In this document: one piece after another, positions 50,481 through 63,299 of the stretch
Position numbering within the stretch: the stretch's first letter is position 1
How the letters are laid out: every line of letters starts with the position of its first letter
Assembly (NCBI GenBank): GCA_030704615.1
Contig: CM060731.1
Span: 37,634,001 to 37,698,000, forward strand
Direction of reading: 5' to 3'
From: Takakia lepidozioides
Taxonomy: Eukaryota; Plantae; Bryophyta
Length of the DNA stretch: 64,000 nucleotides
The notes under the pieces: generated by a model
Databases searched by the model: none
What the model saw: only the letters and a program-made list of their open reading frames with translations
What the model was told of the DNA's origin: nothing
Made by a program: the position numbers and the translations under genes

Positions 50481-51484
50481 CTGTTGTCATATTGGGAGTA
50501 TCATGTCAAAGTCACTCCAAACTAGATTTACTCAACCAACTAATTTGCGGCATTCAACATGGAAATTTAGGGCCAATTCTGATAAGAGGGGAACGCAGGG
50601 TAAATTGTGTTGAAGCAGGCGCCTTGATTAGCAGTGTCGCATTTTATCAATTGTGTCGCTGTTGCTGCGGCTTCCAGTTGATCATCTACCCATGCAGGTT
50701 TCTTGTAGCTATCCTTCTACAGGGAATCACAGGTAATGTGGAGCTGACAATGACAGCCTAGATTTGTTCTAGCAAAGACCGCAACCCTAATTGTCACACT
50801 AGTTCCTATGTTGACTTGCACTTCCAAAAGGCACTCATTTTTTTGCCTCGATTGTTCCACCTTTTACTGCAGCTTCTCCTCGTCTTTATTATCTATTTTT
50901 TGATACTTTCCTACTGCTACATCGATAGTAATTTGACAAGTCACTCCAAATTACCACCACAGGTATGATGAGAGGGCAAAACAGTCTGAAATAAGTCGAA
51001 GGTGCCCTCACCACATTGTCCTTGACCTTGTATCATGACCCGTGGAGGATTTGGCCGAAGGACCTCTTGTGTGTGCTGCTTGTGTCTGTAGTCAGGTAAT
51101 GTCGGATTGGTCTACAAGAACCACCACGGTGCAGCTGCACAGGCAGAGACTGAAACACGGCTTGCTAAGACCAAGCTGAATCTCCCAAGAACCTTATAAA
51201 CATCAAGGAAAAATACCACCGGATCAGTGCAAGACCAAATTTTGTATATTTTTATGGGTCTTCATTTATGAATAGTTGACACGTGTAAGATTCACTTATG
51301 GGTCTTATCCAATCAAGGTACATTCAAGTTAGCATTTGAGTGGGGAAGGATTATGTGCTTCATGTAGGTATTATCTAGTGGAGGTATATCAGGATCTTAC
51401 TCATTTTTGGCACAAATGCGTGGTCTCTCCTTTACAGGGAGGAGCCAATAAAGTAATGAGAGGATTCAATCCCCATGTTAACCC

Positions 51485-51515
<31 letters not shown>

Positions 51516-52727
51516 TAAATTATATATATATATATAAAATAACACTCAGGTCTCGATGCTCATATTTATTCACAGTAGATGGATCCAATGATCCTCACAA
51601 CAAGATAATTAAGAAGTCCTCTGTGTTTATGTGCAGGGGCTTCAAGAATCTGGTCTCTGCTGCTAGTCTTGCAACCTCTAATTGAATTCTTACATGAAAG
51701 CTCTACGTTCTTGCTCCATGTCCGGGTCAAATAGGTGCTAGATGATCATCTTGGGCGAAACTAGTTCACCATATATCAGACCCTGCACTACAAGCGACAT
51801 GTATATGTCATGAAAGCAGGAGCTGCAGCATGCGAGCACTAAGAGCTGCCAACATTCAAAAGAGGATAGATCTCTTGTCCCAGGAAAATGTGTGATCGTC
51901 GTGGAGGAACGTGAATTATCATGACAGTGACCGTCTGCAGAAGTTTACAGCATATAGGAGATGACAGTGAAGACACATCAGGACGGAGCACTTTCATTTG
52001 GTTCAGGCATGTCCTCCCGGTAATTCGTCGAGGATGCGTCCAAGGGGATCTGAGCCTGTAGCAAGCGGGGTGAAGGGTGGTCGTACTTGCAGCTGGCGCC
52101 ATATGGGCACTGCCGACGTGCGATCCGATGAAAGAAAGTGCATAGTCGACCCCCCTGTGATCGACATACAAAAAGAGGATTTAGAAGATTGAAGCTAGGG
52201 ATATATCAATACTGCATCCCGATATCCATGACAAACCACCAAACTTGACATCATGCATATCGAGTGCATAATCAGATTCGTCAGTTTGGAAGTACTTCAG
52301 GAAAAAAAAAAAAAAAAACGAAATAGTAAGTCTGCGAGAGCGAGAGCGAGAGAGAGAGAGAGCATGGCAACTATGTGAAGGAATTTGGCGAAAGGAATGC
52401 CTCCTCGGTACTTACTGGACGCGATGGCAGAATCATGGGATTATCAAGCGGGTGTATGTTCGGGAAATCATCGAAGACATACGGACGTCTGACTCGCGGG
52501 ACTTTCTCTTTCCATCCTTGACGCCCGCGTCCTCGTTGTCCTGCTTCTTGTCTTGCACCGCCATGTCCATATTCCACAGTTGCTGCTGGTGCCGCATGGG
52601 ACTGTCCTCCAAATTGCTCCTGTTGCATGCCAGTTTTAGCTTGTTGGAATATATGTTCGTGAATACCAACGCTTTGTTCAAGAAATATGTACACATATCA
52701 GGTCTGATTCAATGATCCTAAGACTCA

Positions 52728-53431
52728 TTATGCGAACCCGCGTGGTGGAATGAATTCCACCTAGGAAATCGGAACAAAAGTGTCAGGAGCCCCGAACGAC
52801 CTAGTCCTGGCAATGTATACGCTAGGGCGAGGTGCAAGAGTTCAGCGAAATTCGTACTTACTGCGTGATGGCTTTGTGCATGGTCATAGTAAAATGCGTG
52901 GGGCTGGTCTTGTCCCATCAGCGAGAGTTGCTGTAACTCGTCTGCCAGTCCACGATTCGCATAACCAGGATCATAATTTGGACCAGTAAACATGGGCGGT
53001 GGGCACCAGCTTACTACAGGTGCAGGAGGATATGGATGGTTGGGAGGAACGTAGCCCGTCTGATTTAAGAATACTGGGCGTGCCATCGGAGGAGAAACCG
53101 TGTAGTATTGTGGTGCATAAGCATATAAGACTGGATGATAAGCAGCTTGAGGGAGAGCTTGACCATACTGGTCGAATGCTGGGTATCTGACTGCAGGCTG
53201 CGTGTAATAAGGTGCAGGATAATTCATCTCGGGAGGACGAGCCTGAAAATACGGGTCGAGTGCTGGGCCGGGGACTGCACGATGCAGCATTTGCTGCGTC
53301 GGATAAGGTGGATAATAATGTTGATTGCTAGGGCGAACATCGTGACGATATGCACACTCGGTGCCGCGATTGCAATAGCCTTGCTGGTGATACACACATG
53401 CTACGTCGTTTGGAGCACGATCCTGGGCCAT
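52728..53431 (-). CDS. Small CCCH zinc-finger protein with a Pro/Tyr/Gln-rich tail; probable exons 53431-52862 and 52760-52728
   Basis: CVYHQQGYCNRGTECAYRH = C-x7-C-x5-C-x3-H. Donor GCA|GTAAGT and acceptor cctag|GTG. The last exon is uncertain. Confidence 0.6.
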
Positions 53432-56063
53432 CTCTCTTGTTGCCCCTAAATCGTGCAACTACCCGGAGGAAGCTAGATACGTAGATCGAATAAAAGCTGA
53501 TATCACACTCGCCGGTAGAATCTATGCTACGGGCCACTTTCGATCACTATAGTTGCATTATCAGGGCGTTGTCGCTGAGTTTGATTCCCAACTCGCCCTT
53601 GTGTCCTCCTCTACACTGCACCTGCAGCCTATATCCAACTGATCTCGGTCTTACTGGAACTTTACTCTGACATCGCCATCTCGAACAAGCGTTGCGTCGA
53701 TCCAGTTGGGGTTCTCTCCATCTAAACGCCTTCTCTCAGGCTTCCATCCCTCCTTCTAGAGATCTGTCTCCCCGCCTCCCTCCTTTAATCTCCGATACAT
53801 CCCACGATCAAGGCCATATCCTCGCTCATGCCAGCCGCTCTAGTCCCGTCCCTCCTCTCAGCGCCCACTCATCCCAATCGCCTTTGCTACATCACACTAC
53901 ACTCCCGTCACAGTGGAATCACAGCAGGCGAGGTCCGAGACACCACCGACTGAACATGTTCCTGATCTCGCGATTCATTGCCGTGTGTGCGAGACAAGCA
54001 GGCTCATCGCAGCACTGCTTCAAAACTCTTCATATCGCTCTCTCTCTCTTTCGCTCGCCGTCTGTGTACCGTTAAAACGGCTGCATTCCATTTTGAATAT
54101 TACACCTCCCAATCGACTGTGCGTTGCCGACCGAACCCCAACACGTCATATCGCAATAATTAAAAATTCAAACAATTCTCTAAAATGGATACATGAAGCA
54201 GGGGATAGATTGGCATGTGGATACATGAAATAGGTATGTGCTTCGATGTCTTTTGTTTGTTTTTTTTGTTTTTTTTGTTTTTTTTTAAACAGAGGAAAGG
54301 GCCCGGAATTACTAAATTAAAAGGACATGGAAAAATAACAACGTGGGCCCGTACAATGGGATACCACCCCAAACCAAAGATCAAAAGACGAAGTAAAGAC
54401 GAATTAGGAGACATGCAAGGCCCCATAAGGGCTAGGACATAACCAAAGAGAAGGCTGATCATAGGAAAGAGAAGTACTATGAGGAAATCAGAATTTCAAA
54501 TCCCGATCAGCGCGGCGGTGGCGCCAGTTCATATCTTGCTCAGAATCAATTCAAATTTGAACCAATAGAATTCCGTGGTGGGTTGTCAAGAAAGGGGAAT
54601 GGTCCTCCACTTCCTAGAAAGAAGCAAGATCGAGGGGCATTCGCACTACAACACTATTGACCCATTGTGAAATACTTGGGTGTCTCTATTATATTTGTTG
54701 ATGGTGGCTTTTGTTGTCTATTCCATTTCAAAAAAGTGTTAAACTTGAATTTGAGGTCATTGAAATTCACAAACCAAAGTTCTTCATAGTTTGTATTGAA
54801 ATTCTTCTACGATTATAGGGGGCTAAGCGATTTTCCATGGGTATAGATCATATTTTCTGTTGATGACGTGGCATGAGCCTAGAAGCTTCTCACGCGATCA
54901 AAGCGTGAGCATGGGTTGCAAGCTCACGGCCTACGCTCACGACGTAGCATCGTTGTAGTTGTAGTGTGGGTACTAGATAGCTGAGTGCCCAAATTGGTGT
55001 ATCACTAACTGGGGATAGAAAGAAGAGCCTCACCCATTACCCCTAGGTTGTATGCAGGCTCCAAGTTCTCCGCAGATAGGTTGGAGGCCGAGTGACATGA
55101 AGGGAGCATGACAAGCTATGTAGAAAAGCTCGTCGTTGTTTCCCATGCCTCCCCGCAGTGCTCTTCAGCCGCTCGAGAGCCTGGGCTTGGTGAGCCAGAA
55201 AGAAATCTATTCCAGACTGCCACACACGACACGCTCACATGCACCTAGACGAGGGAATTTGTCATCCCTGTTGACGCGATTCCAAGGAATGCCCCGGTCA
55301 CTTCTAAGTTGATAGTTAGGAGACATTTTAATCCTGATTGATTAGGAGCTAAGTAGGTTGAGGGCAGGCAACGATAAGAGAGAACGTGATCAGCCTTAGC
55401 ATGAAAGAGAATAACAAGAAGTTGAGATCCAATTCCCATAGAGACACTCGAATACTTGGAAATTGATGGCTAACAGCTGTAAGGCTTCATATTGGCAGCT
55501 TGCCTCCAAATTTGATCATAATAGTGGGATTGATGTCTTGCTTGCAGTACCACAATCAAGGGTTTTTCTGGTGTTGTGCAGGTATATGATATACCCAGCA
55601 GTGTCCGGGAAATATTTTGAGTTGAACCAGCCAGTGGCCGCTCATTTTCAACACCAACCGGCTAAGTGGGTTGGGGGGTCGGCTGCTGCCCCTTAGTGGT
55701 AACTCCAGGCGGTCAATTTCCTACATATTGTTTTACAACCGGTAATATTCCTTTTTTTTTTTGGTGTGTTCGGCTATAAATCCGGCCATTGTACATATCA
55801 ACCGGTTCATTTCCTGCAAATGAAAATTAAATTCGGCTGCATACAAATTCAACAAATGAACAACAATAAATAATCACAACCAATTTTAAGCAATTCAAAC
55901 AAGTGCAGAAAAGTATCCTTGGCAGGAGTTGAACCTGTCAATGCCCTCCACCAGTTGGAGGCCAAGGATCGAACCCTTCTAAAATGCAAGGACCTCAACC
56001 AAAAGTTGAAGGGCCTTGAATTTTAGAAGCGTTACCTATCTAAACAAACAAACAAACATAAAT

Positions 56064-58329
56064 TCAAAACTGCAAATCATCATTCGTACCTTCTGCATAT
56101 GATGGCCCACCTTCTGGTTGTCCAACTATTGGCTGTCCAGCTAAATATAGCTCAGGATGAGAGAACAAATGTCTGAAGTTTGTGGAGTTCTTCCACAAAG
56201 ATATGGCCTCAATCAAAACAGGTTGACATGCCTGCACACTTGGCCCTTCCAAAGCAACACGAAGCACACTTTCCAAGTTCTTTGTTTTCAACTTGTTTCG
56301 AAATTTAGTTTTGATTGAGTTTTGAACTGAGAATGCCCTCTCACATGCGGCAGTGCTTACACATTGAACTCGAGCAATTTCAGAAAGCACAAGCAAGTTT
56401 TCATACTTCATCGTTAGAGAAGGGTTCCAAGTCACCATGCCCCAAAGATCCTTGAAAGTTTTCTCCATCCACTTGGTACTTGCCTATAGTTTGAAAGCAA
56501 AGAACTCTCGTTTCACCGCTGCTATGTCAACAAGGGCAGGCAATGTCCTTCCTGCAATATGTCTTTCGACACCATAGTGCGCACATAATATTTCCAACTC
56601 TACTACACCCCAACTTGCTAACCCCACTTTGCCTAGTTGGTAGGTTACATGGACTCAATATTTTGAATGCACTTACAACTCCGTTGTCCTCAAATCTGGC
56701 ATCCAAAGCATTGCAAACAGCCTCTGCATAAAGCTTTTGGAAGGTAAGTGCTGCCTCCAAATCACCCCCCATCCTCTCTCGTGTCATTTGTACACCATGA
56801 AAATTGGATCCCCTAATCTCAGAGGCTAGCCGCCTCAAATACCCACCAGGAGGACCAAATTCCGGGATGATGTGATAACCCATTTCCTCATTGAAGGTGG
56901 ATTGGTTCAAATCCGTGCTATCCTCAATGAAAAACATTCGTATTTGTGCAATCTCTGTCTTAACTATGGACCCAATGCTGGTTACATCCACAAACTTCCA
57001 TTGGAACACACGTGAGAGTAGAGATAGACCGTGCAACATATCAGCCAAAAAATACAAGACATAAATCATTTTGAATGACCTAAGCTTGTTATACAAAAGA
57101 GAGGCTGATCCATCATCATTGGCAACCGGCACATCTCTAAAATACGTGACAACACTCTCAAGACTATCACAAAGCGATGTCACGGCCTGCCACCTAGATA
57201 ACCAACGAATCTTGTGAAACCTTTTGAGGCACTTCTGAGCATTATTAAGCTCGGTCTGCAAAGCTTGCAAGGTTGCCTTACGCTTAGATGATTTGCGAAA
57301 ATGACCAGCAAGAGAGTTCAAAAGTGTGTCAACCTCATTTGAAATAAGATGACATGCTGATGTCTTGGCAGCTTCTAATGCTGCCAAGTTGGTCCTATGT
57401 GCTACGCAATGGACGGCCAACATAAAGGGGTTTACCTTTTGCTTAAGACGAGCAGCCACGCCGGATCGAGCCCCCACCGTGGTTGCTGCCCCATCCGAAC
57501 CAAACCCCAAAAACTTATCTACATCCAAACCCCACTCTTTCAAACTAGTTAGTAAACACTCATATATCATTGCGGCATCCTTCTTGCCATCAATAATCTG
57601 AAGTAAACCCAAAAACAGAGTGACTGGCAAACCCTCTTCAACAAAAGAAGCAAAAACAACAAGATGACCGGTCACTGAAATGTCAGTTGACTCATCTATC
57701 ATGATTCCATAGTACTTGGAATCCTTCACTCTATCCAACACATTTTTCTGAACAACACATGAGATACAATACAATATATCAGCACATGACTTCTCATCAT
57801 GGTACAGTTTCTGGGTAATACAAGCTTTGAGAGTAACCAAAAGTTGACACAAACCTGGAAATTTGCTAAATGGCAAGGCTTCCAAACCAATGTAGTAAGC
57901 AACTTGGAAAAGAGCCAAAACAGCATCATCACAAGCTCGATTAGCACTAGCTATGGCTTTCTCCATGGCTTTCTTACCAGATTGTAGGGCCCAAGAGAAC
58001 TTACGATGCTCTTCTGACCTAGCATGGTCTTGGAATGAACTCACCTTGACATTGACAGAACCAGCATTTGCAAAGACTGTCCTCCCTCCTTTCCCTCTAC
58101 AAACTTTACAAAAAACCCTACCTAGATCATGGTTAAACTCAATCCAATCAAATTGAGTGTACCAAACATCTTTCCATGCTTTCTGGGCTGCCTCTACACT
58201 ATTCGATGGCTTGTCCATACCACTTGAAGATGAGGCAGGGGGGGCAGCGGAAGGAGACTCCTCATCACAATCACCAGTGCGACCAGCCCTAAATAACATA
58301 TTTCTTAGATTCCTTTGGCGCTTGGCCAT
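56064..58329 (-). pseudogene. hAT transposase (ZNF862/DUF4371-type with N-terminal zinc finger and hATC dimerisation domain), one frameshift (~56627) and one stop (56484-56486)
   Basis: FCKVC...HARSEEH, IDESTD, GSDGA, HCVAH, IRWLS, STAACERAFS. Confidence 0.9.
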
Positions 58330-58385
58330 AGCCAAGACCTTACAAAATACAAATTTATAGCACGGAAATTGCAACAAGGAAGGGC

Positions 58386-59288
58386 CAGCGAGTGCAAGCA
58401 GGCGGGAGCGTCGGCAGCACATCAACATACAGCCAGTGGTAAGTGCGGGCCCCGGCAGGTGAGATGTGGACTTAGCAAAGAACGAGTGCAAGGCCTGCCA
58501 ACTGCCTGAAGCAAATCAGAAAATAGAAGGGGAGGTGGGTCAGAAATGGGTGCGAGGTGAGATGCAGCCCTCCCAGCCGCCTTTGCCCGACACAAAATAG
58601 ACACAGCTTGTGCCTGCTGCAAAGCAACAGAAACCGTGGTCGAAAGAACGGTAGAAGAACCGAAGGGGGAGGCCTACCAATGCCCTTGCTTTTTACTGCA
58701 TGATGAGCACAAAGTATGCAGAAAGTCATGTAGCTGTAGACTTCGAAAGGCAAAAGTCATAACCTCTCACTAGGAAAAGCAAAGACATAACCAAATGAAA
58801 CAAAGACTCATGCCTGGGCCTTGAAGTGTGGTAGCACGCAGCGAGTGCAAGCAGGCGGGAGCGTCGGCAGCACATCAACATACAGCCAGTGGTAAGTGCG
58901 GGCCCGACAGGTGAGCAAAGGACTTAGCAAAGAACGAATGCAAGGCTGAAAACATGCCTGGGCCTTGAAGTGTGGTAGCACGCAGCGAGTGCAAGCAGGC
59001 GGGAGCGTCGGCAGCACATTAACATACAGCCAGTGGTAAGTGCGGGCCCGGTAGGTGAGCAAAGGACTTAGCAAAGAACGAGTGCAAGGCTCTTCTAGGG
59101 TTTGCCCCCAACCACCCTGGCTCCGTCCGTTGGATGTAACCAGGCGTGGGCCCTGGCATGCTGGATTTCCGCCACGTGGCAAGGCTCTTCTAGTCTCTTC
59201 TAGGGTTTGCCCCCAACCACCCTGACCCCATCCGTTGGATGTAACCAGGCCTGGGCCCTGGCATGCTGGATTTCCGGCACGTGGCAGC
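58386..59288. repeat. Tandem/dispersed repeats upstream of the hAT transposase (three ~110-145-bp units, two ~110-bp units)
   Basis: cagcgagtgcaagcaggcgggagcgtcggcagcacat... at ~58386, 58839 and 58983. ctcttctagggtttgcccccaaccaccctg... at ~59090 and 59195. Confidence 0.9.
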
Positions 59289-60812
59289 ATTCAACGGCCA
59301 TTTTCCGTTTTCTTATAAGATAAGAACGGCTGGAATCCGTCCAGGCGTGCCAACTAAGGCATATTTCCGGCATTTACTGATACGGAAAGGCAAAAATCCG
59401 TCCTCTGAGTCAGGCACTCGGATGATTTCCTCTTGGGCCATTTTTTCCGTCGGTTCATTTTCCGGAGGTTTCATGTCATACCCGGAAATTCCAGGATGGC
59501 ACTCGGCTGGCATGTAACTGGCTGCCGGTTCTTCTCGTTCATTGATACCCAGGTATACCCACCGGGTATATCATACCCGGGTATATTAGGGTATAACCAT
59601 TTGGCTCCGGCAGTTTTATTTACTCGCCATTCAAATATAACCGGATGGTAATTAGTAGATAATTACCCTTACCCTATACAAGACCGGAGTCTTAGGGTGT
59701 GGATATACCCTGCCCCGGATGCCCGTAAAGGCTAGCTCAAAGGGTATATGCCTGGCGGATAAATCATTATCGCACCCTAACCCTTTCTCCAATTGGCTTG
59801 AGCCTTGCTCACTGTGCTATAGGTAATCAACTCCACCACCTCAATTGGTAATTGATGGGCCCACCGCTCTCCACCCTCCCTTGCCCAAAGCCTATTCAAG
59901 GTGGGCCAACCCCCAATCTTTTGTGGCACTTATAAACCAACCCTTCTTGTGGCGCTTCCAAAGTAGCTTAAGTTGTGCTCCACCCATGTCCTACAAATCT
60001 TAGTTTTAGGAGCGCAAAGTTGTTTTATGTAGGTAAGTAGGTTACCATTGGATTATTTTATCAATATTGCAAGCCTGATTGAATATATGACTCATATGTC
60101 TTGAATATATAACTAGATAAACAATAGAAATAATGAGTGAGAGGTGGGGAGGGAGGAGAGAGGAACAACATTTCTTTGTCAGCTTCGTCCTTATATTCAA
60201 GGATCAGAACCGCTCCTCGGGAATGTATAAACAATGTCAACTTCGTGGTGTTTAGAAGCTTCGTGTGGTGCTTAGGTACTTAGAGTTGTTTTGAAGAGGT
60301 CAAAAGTTCTTCAGATCGACAGGCGGGAACATAAACTTGAAGTGAGAGATGAACCTATTTTTTTAGTATGACGGCACCGTTTCAATCATGTTCAGATCCA
60401 ATTTGATGTGTTGGCGGCGCGCCCATGCATCTCCATTTTCTAGACTGATTTACTCCACTGATTTGGTAGAAGTGTTGTATCTACACATATAGTTAAATCT
60501 CTCGGGAGATACTCTTGCCGGGACTAGCGAGCGATTATGGCGGAATGTACGGTTTTATCATCCTGGCCTTCCATGACTCTCCTTTCCTTACAGGGAATCA
60601 GTGACCCCTGTTTGTTACTACAACTGTATGCGACGAAAAAAGTTCAAGTGCATACACGATGTGTCGTCCAGTGTGAACCAAGGTGTAGGGAGGTTATGAT
60701 CCTCTCTCATATTAGATCCCTTAATCCTACCTCGACACTCCCAAAGCTCAAGTCATTATAGAGGTCGGAAAATCTGGAGTGTAGGTTTCATCTAGAACAG
60801 GGACTTCTAAGC

Positions 60813-62890
60813 TTATAATATATGAAGCAAGACGATTTGTTTGTTTGTTTGTTTTGTAGCGTTGAGATGTCCCAAACCGCGGGCCCAGCCCTGGTGCTTG
60901 GTACCATTGGAAAGCCCTCGATGAGGAGAGGTGCACCAGCTTGGTCTCATGTTTTTTGGAACCAGCATTGTGGGAGATGTGGAATTTCAAGTACTTTTGG
61001 TCGTCGAAAACTCGCGAAAAATAGCAAAGTGGGTTTTCCTCTAACAAAGATCTCGACGGGAGAATATCAATAATGATTGAATATTTTACTACTCAATGAA
61101 TTCATGGGAAAAAATAAATTGGGCCTCGACATGGGAGACGAACTTGGATACTTAGGGAGATTGCACTTGGGCTTAGATGACACTGGACACGTGGGCCTCT
61201 ACATGGGAGATGCACTTGGATACAAGAATAAAGATTGCATTTGGGCTTAGATGGGTCTCGACATAAGAGACGCACTTGGATACGTAGGAAATTGCACTTG
61301 GTCTTAGATTTCAATTCTTCACACATGGGCCAACGGCATATGCTACACTACTAGAGGTCGCACTTAGGCCTCACCATAGGAGACGCATTGGGATACATAG
61401 AAAATGCACTTGGTCTTAGATCTCAACTCTTCACACACGGCCAAATGTACATGCTACCCTAGTGGTCGCACTTGGGCCTCGATATAGGAGACGCACTGGG
61501 ATACTGCATGGAAGTTCTTACACTTGGGCTTAGATGACACATGACACTTGGGCCAACAACACATGCTGCCCAACTGTCGCATTTGGGCCTCAACATAGGA
61601 GACACACTTGGATACATAGGGGATTGCACTTGAACTTATAAGATGACACTTGACACTTGGGCCAATGGCACATGCTACCCTAGTCAATATGTGAAGGAAG
61701 TCGGTTTGTTTGTTTTGTTTTGTTTTGTAGCGTTGAGATACAGTCCCAAATGCCTCTCATTTTTTAATATTAGCGACTTCAATGCACCTATAGGCCCCCC
61801 TAGTACGGCCCATGGGGTGAGCGGATAAACCCACCGCCTATTCACCGGGTCCGGTTCTGAATTTTTTCTAAGTCGTGGTTCTTCATACCCTTCAAGAGAC
61901 TGACTCCTCCAGCAGAATGACTCCAACCTTCGAGGGGACTGGCGAGCAGACCGGCAACCGGCGAGCGGACTGGCGACCTTCAAGCGCACTGACTCCAACC
62001 TTCAACTGGATTGGTAGACCCTCCTCAGACAAAATATACATTTATTATTAACACACTTTACTTCCACTTTACTTCCACAGTATCAACTAGCAAGATTTGA
62101 ACACTAAACCACATGCTTATTATAAGTTGCTCTGTACCACCACACTACCCGTTGCTTTCTATAGTTTTCCCAAAAATTAATCTTTTATGATGTGTTTGCC
62201 CCTGCAGACTGGCTTGCCCCTGCATGCTCAGTTGAGCATACTGCCCTCGGGTAGGGTGCACCCCACCCGTCGCAACCCCCTCTCCAACATGCAAGCCCCG
62301 CCGCAACTGCACGTGCCCGCATTGAAGTCGCTAATATCAAAGAATGACCTCAAGGCCCCGGCCTGGTACTTGGTACCGTTGGAAAGCCCTCAATGAGGAG
62401 GGGTGCAGCGGCTTGGTTTCATGATTTTTGGACCTGCGGTGGGAGATGTCGAATTTCAAGTACTTTGGGTCGTTGGAAATTCGCGAAAAATAGCAAAGTG
62501 GGCTTTCCTGGGACAATGATTGGAGCCTCGATGGGAGAATTATCAATAATGATTGAATATATTACTACTCAATAAATTCACGGAATTTTATTTATTTATT
62601 TTTTGGCCTTGATATGGGAGACGTACTTGGATACATAGGAGATTGCACATGGGCTTAGATGACACTCGACACTTGGGCCTCTACATGTAGATGCACTTGG
62701 ATACATGAATAGAAGATTGCACTGGGGCTAGATGGGAGATGCACTTGGATATTACATTAGTAGAAGATTGCACTTGGGCTCAGATGGGCCTCGACATAGG
62801 AGACGCACTTGGATATATAGGAAATTGCACCTAGTCTTACATTTAAATTCTTCACACATGGGCCAACGGCACAGGCTACACTAGAGGTCA
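60813..62890 (+). repeat. Two tandem copies of a non-autonomous Helitron-like repeat rich in CACTTGG(G/A) motifs
   Basis: Both units begin ...gtttgtttg..ttttgtagcgttgagat (~60838, ~61704) and share ggtacc.ttggaaagccctc.atgagga. Repeated CATGCTAC..CTAG ends (61354, 61463, 61683, 62884) resemble Helitron 3' termini. Confidence 0.5.
61757..62347. mobile_element. MITE, 591 bp, 29-bp TIR, 4-bp TSD CCTC
   Basis: TCATTTTTTAATATTAGCGACTTCAATGC (61757-61785) vs GCATTGAAGTCGCTAATATCAAAGAATGA (62319-62347), 2 mismatches. CCTC at 61753-61756 and 62348-62351. Confidence 0.88.
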
Positions 62891-63299
62891 CTCTTGGGCC
62901 TATAGGGCCCACCTCCGAAAGGGGCCAATAGCTGCAAGGCGAAGTGACTCGTAGTTACGCCGGTCCACCGACCGGAATCTTCTCTCTCTCACTCTTTGGC
63001 CTCGACATAAGAGAGTCCATTTAGTTTATGTAAATACTACATATCTATTGAGAATTTGTTTTTAATATGTATACATATGTGTTTGTAGCCTGGGAGCTCA
63101 TAAAGGAAAACGTGAATTATCTTTTTGAGACAAATATATGTTGTTGAAGGTAATGTGATAGAAAATGGTTGAGCTAGGCGATATCTAAACCAAGCAAGGA
63201 TGCTCATGAATGAAGAAGAGATATAAATGGATGATAGTTGGGACCAAAAATTACCAAATGTTGGATGATGAATGGCGGTGCTAATAGCGAGGAAGCTGT

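Larger units (their letters stand above)
55599..59779 (-). mobile_element. hAT DNA transposon (ends approximate)
   Basis: Transposase flanked on both sides by CCGG-rich subterminal regions. The right end reads TAGGGTGCG on the minus strand. Matching TIR and 8-bp TSD not resolved. Confidence 0.6.

Noticed and set aside
55550-55620. Left TIR and 8-bp TSD of the hAT
   Set aside because: Candidate CAGTGTCCGG does not match the right-end TAGGGTGCG and no 8-bp duplication was found.
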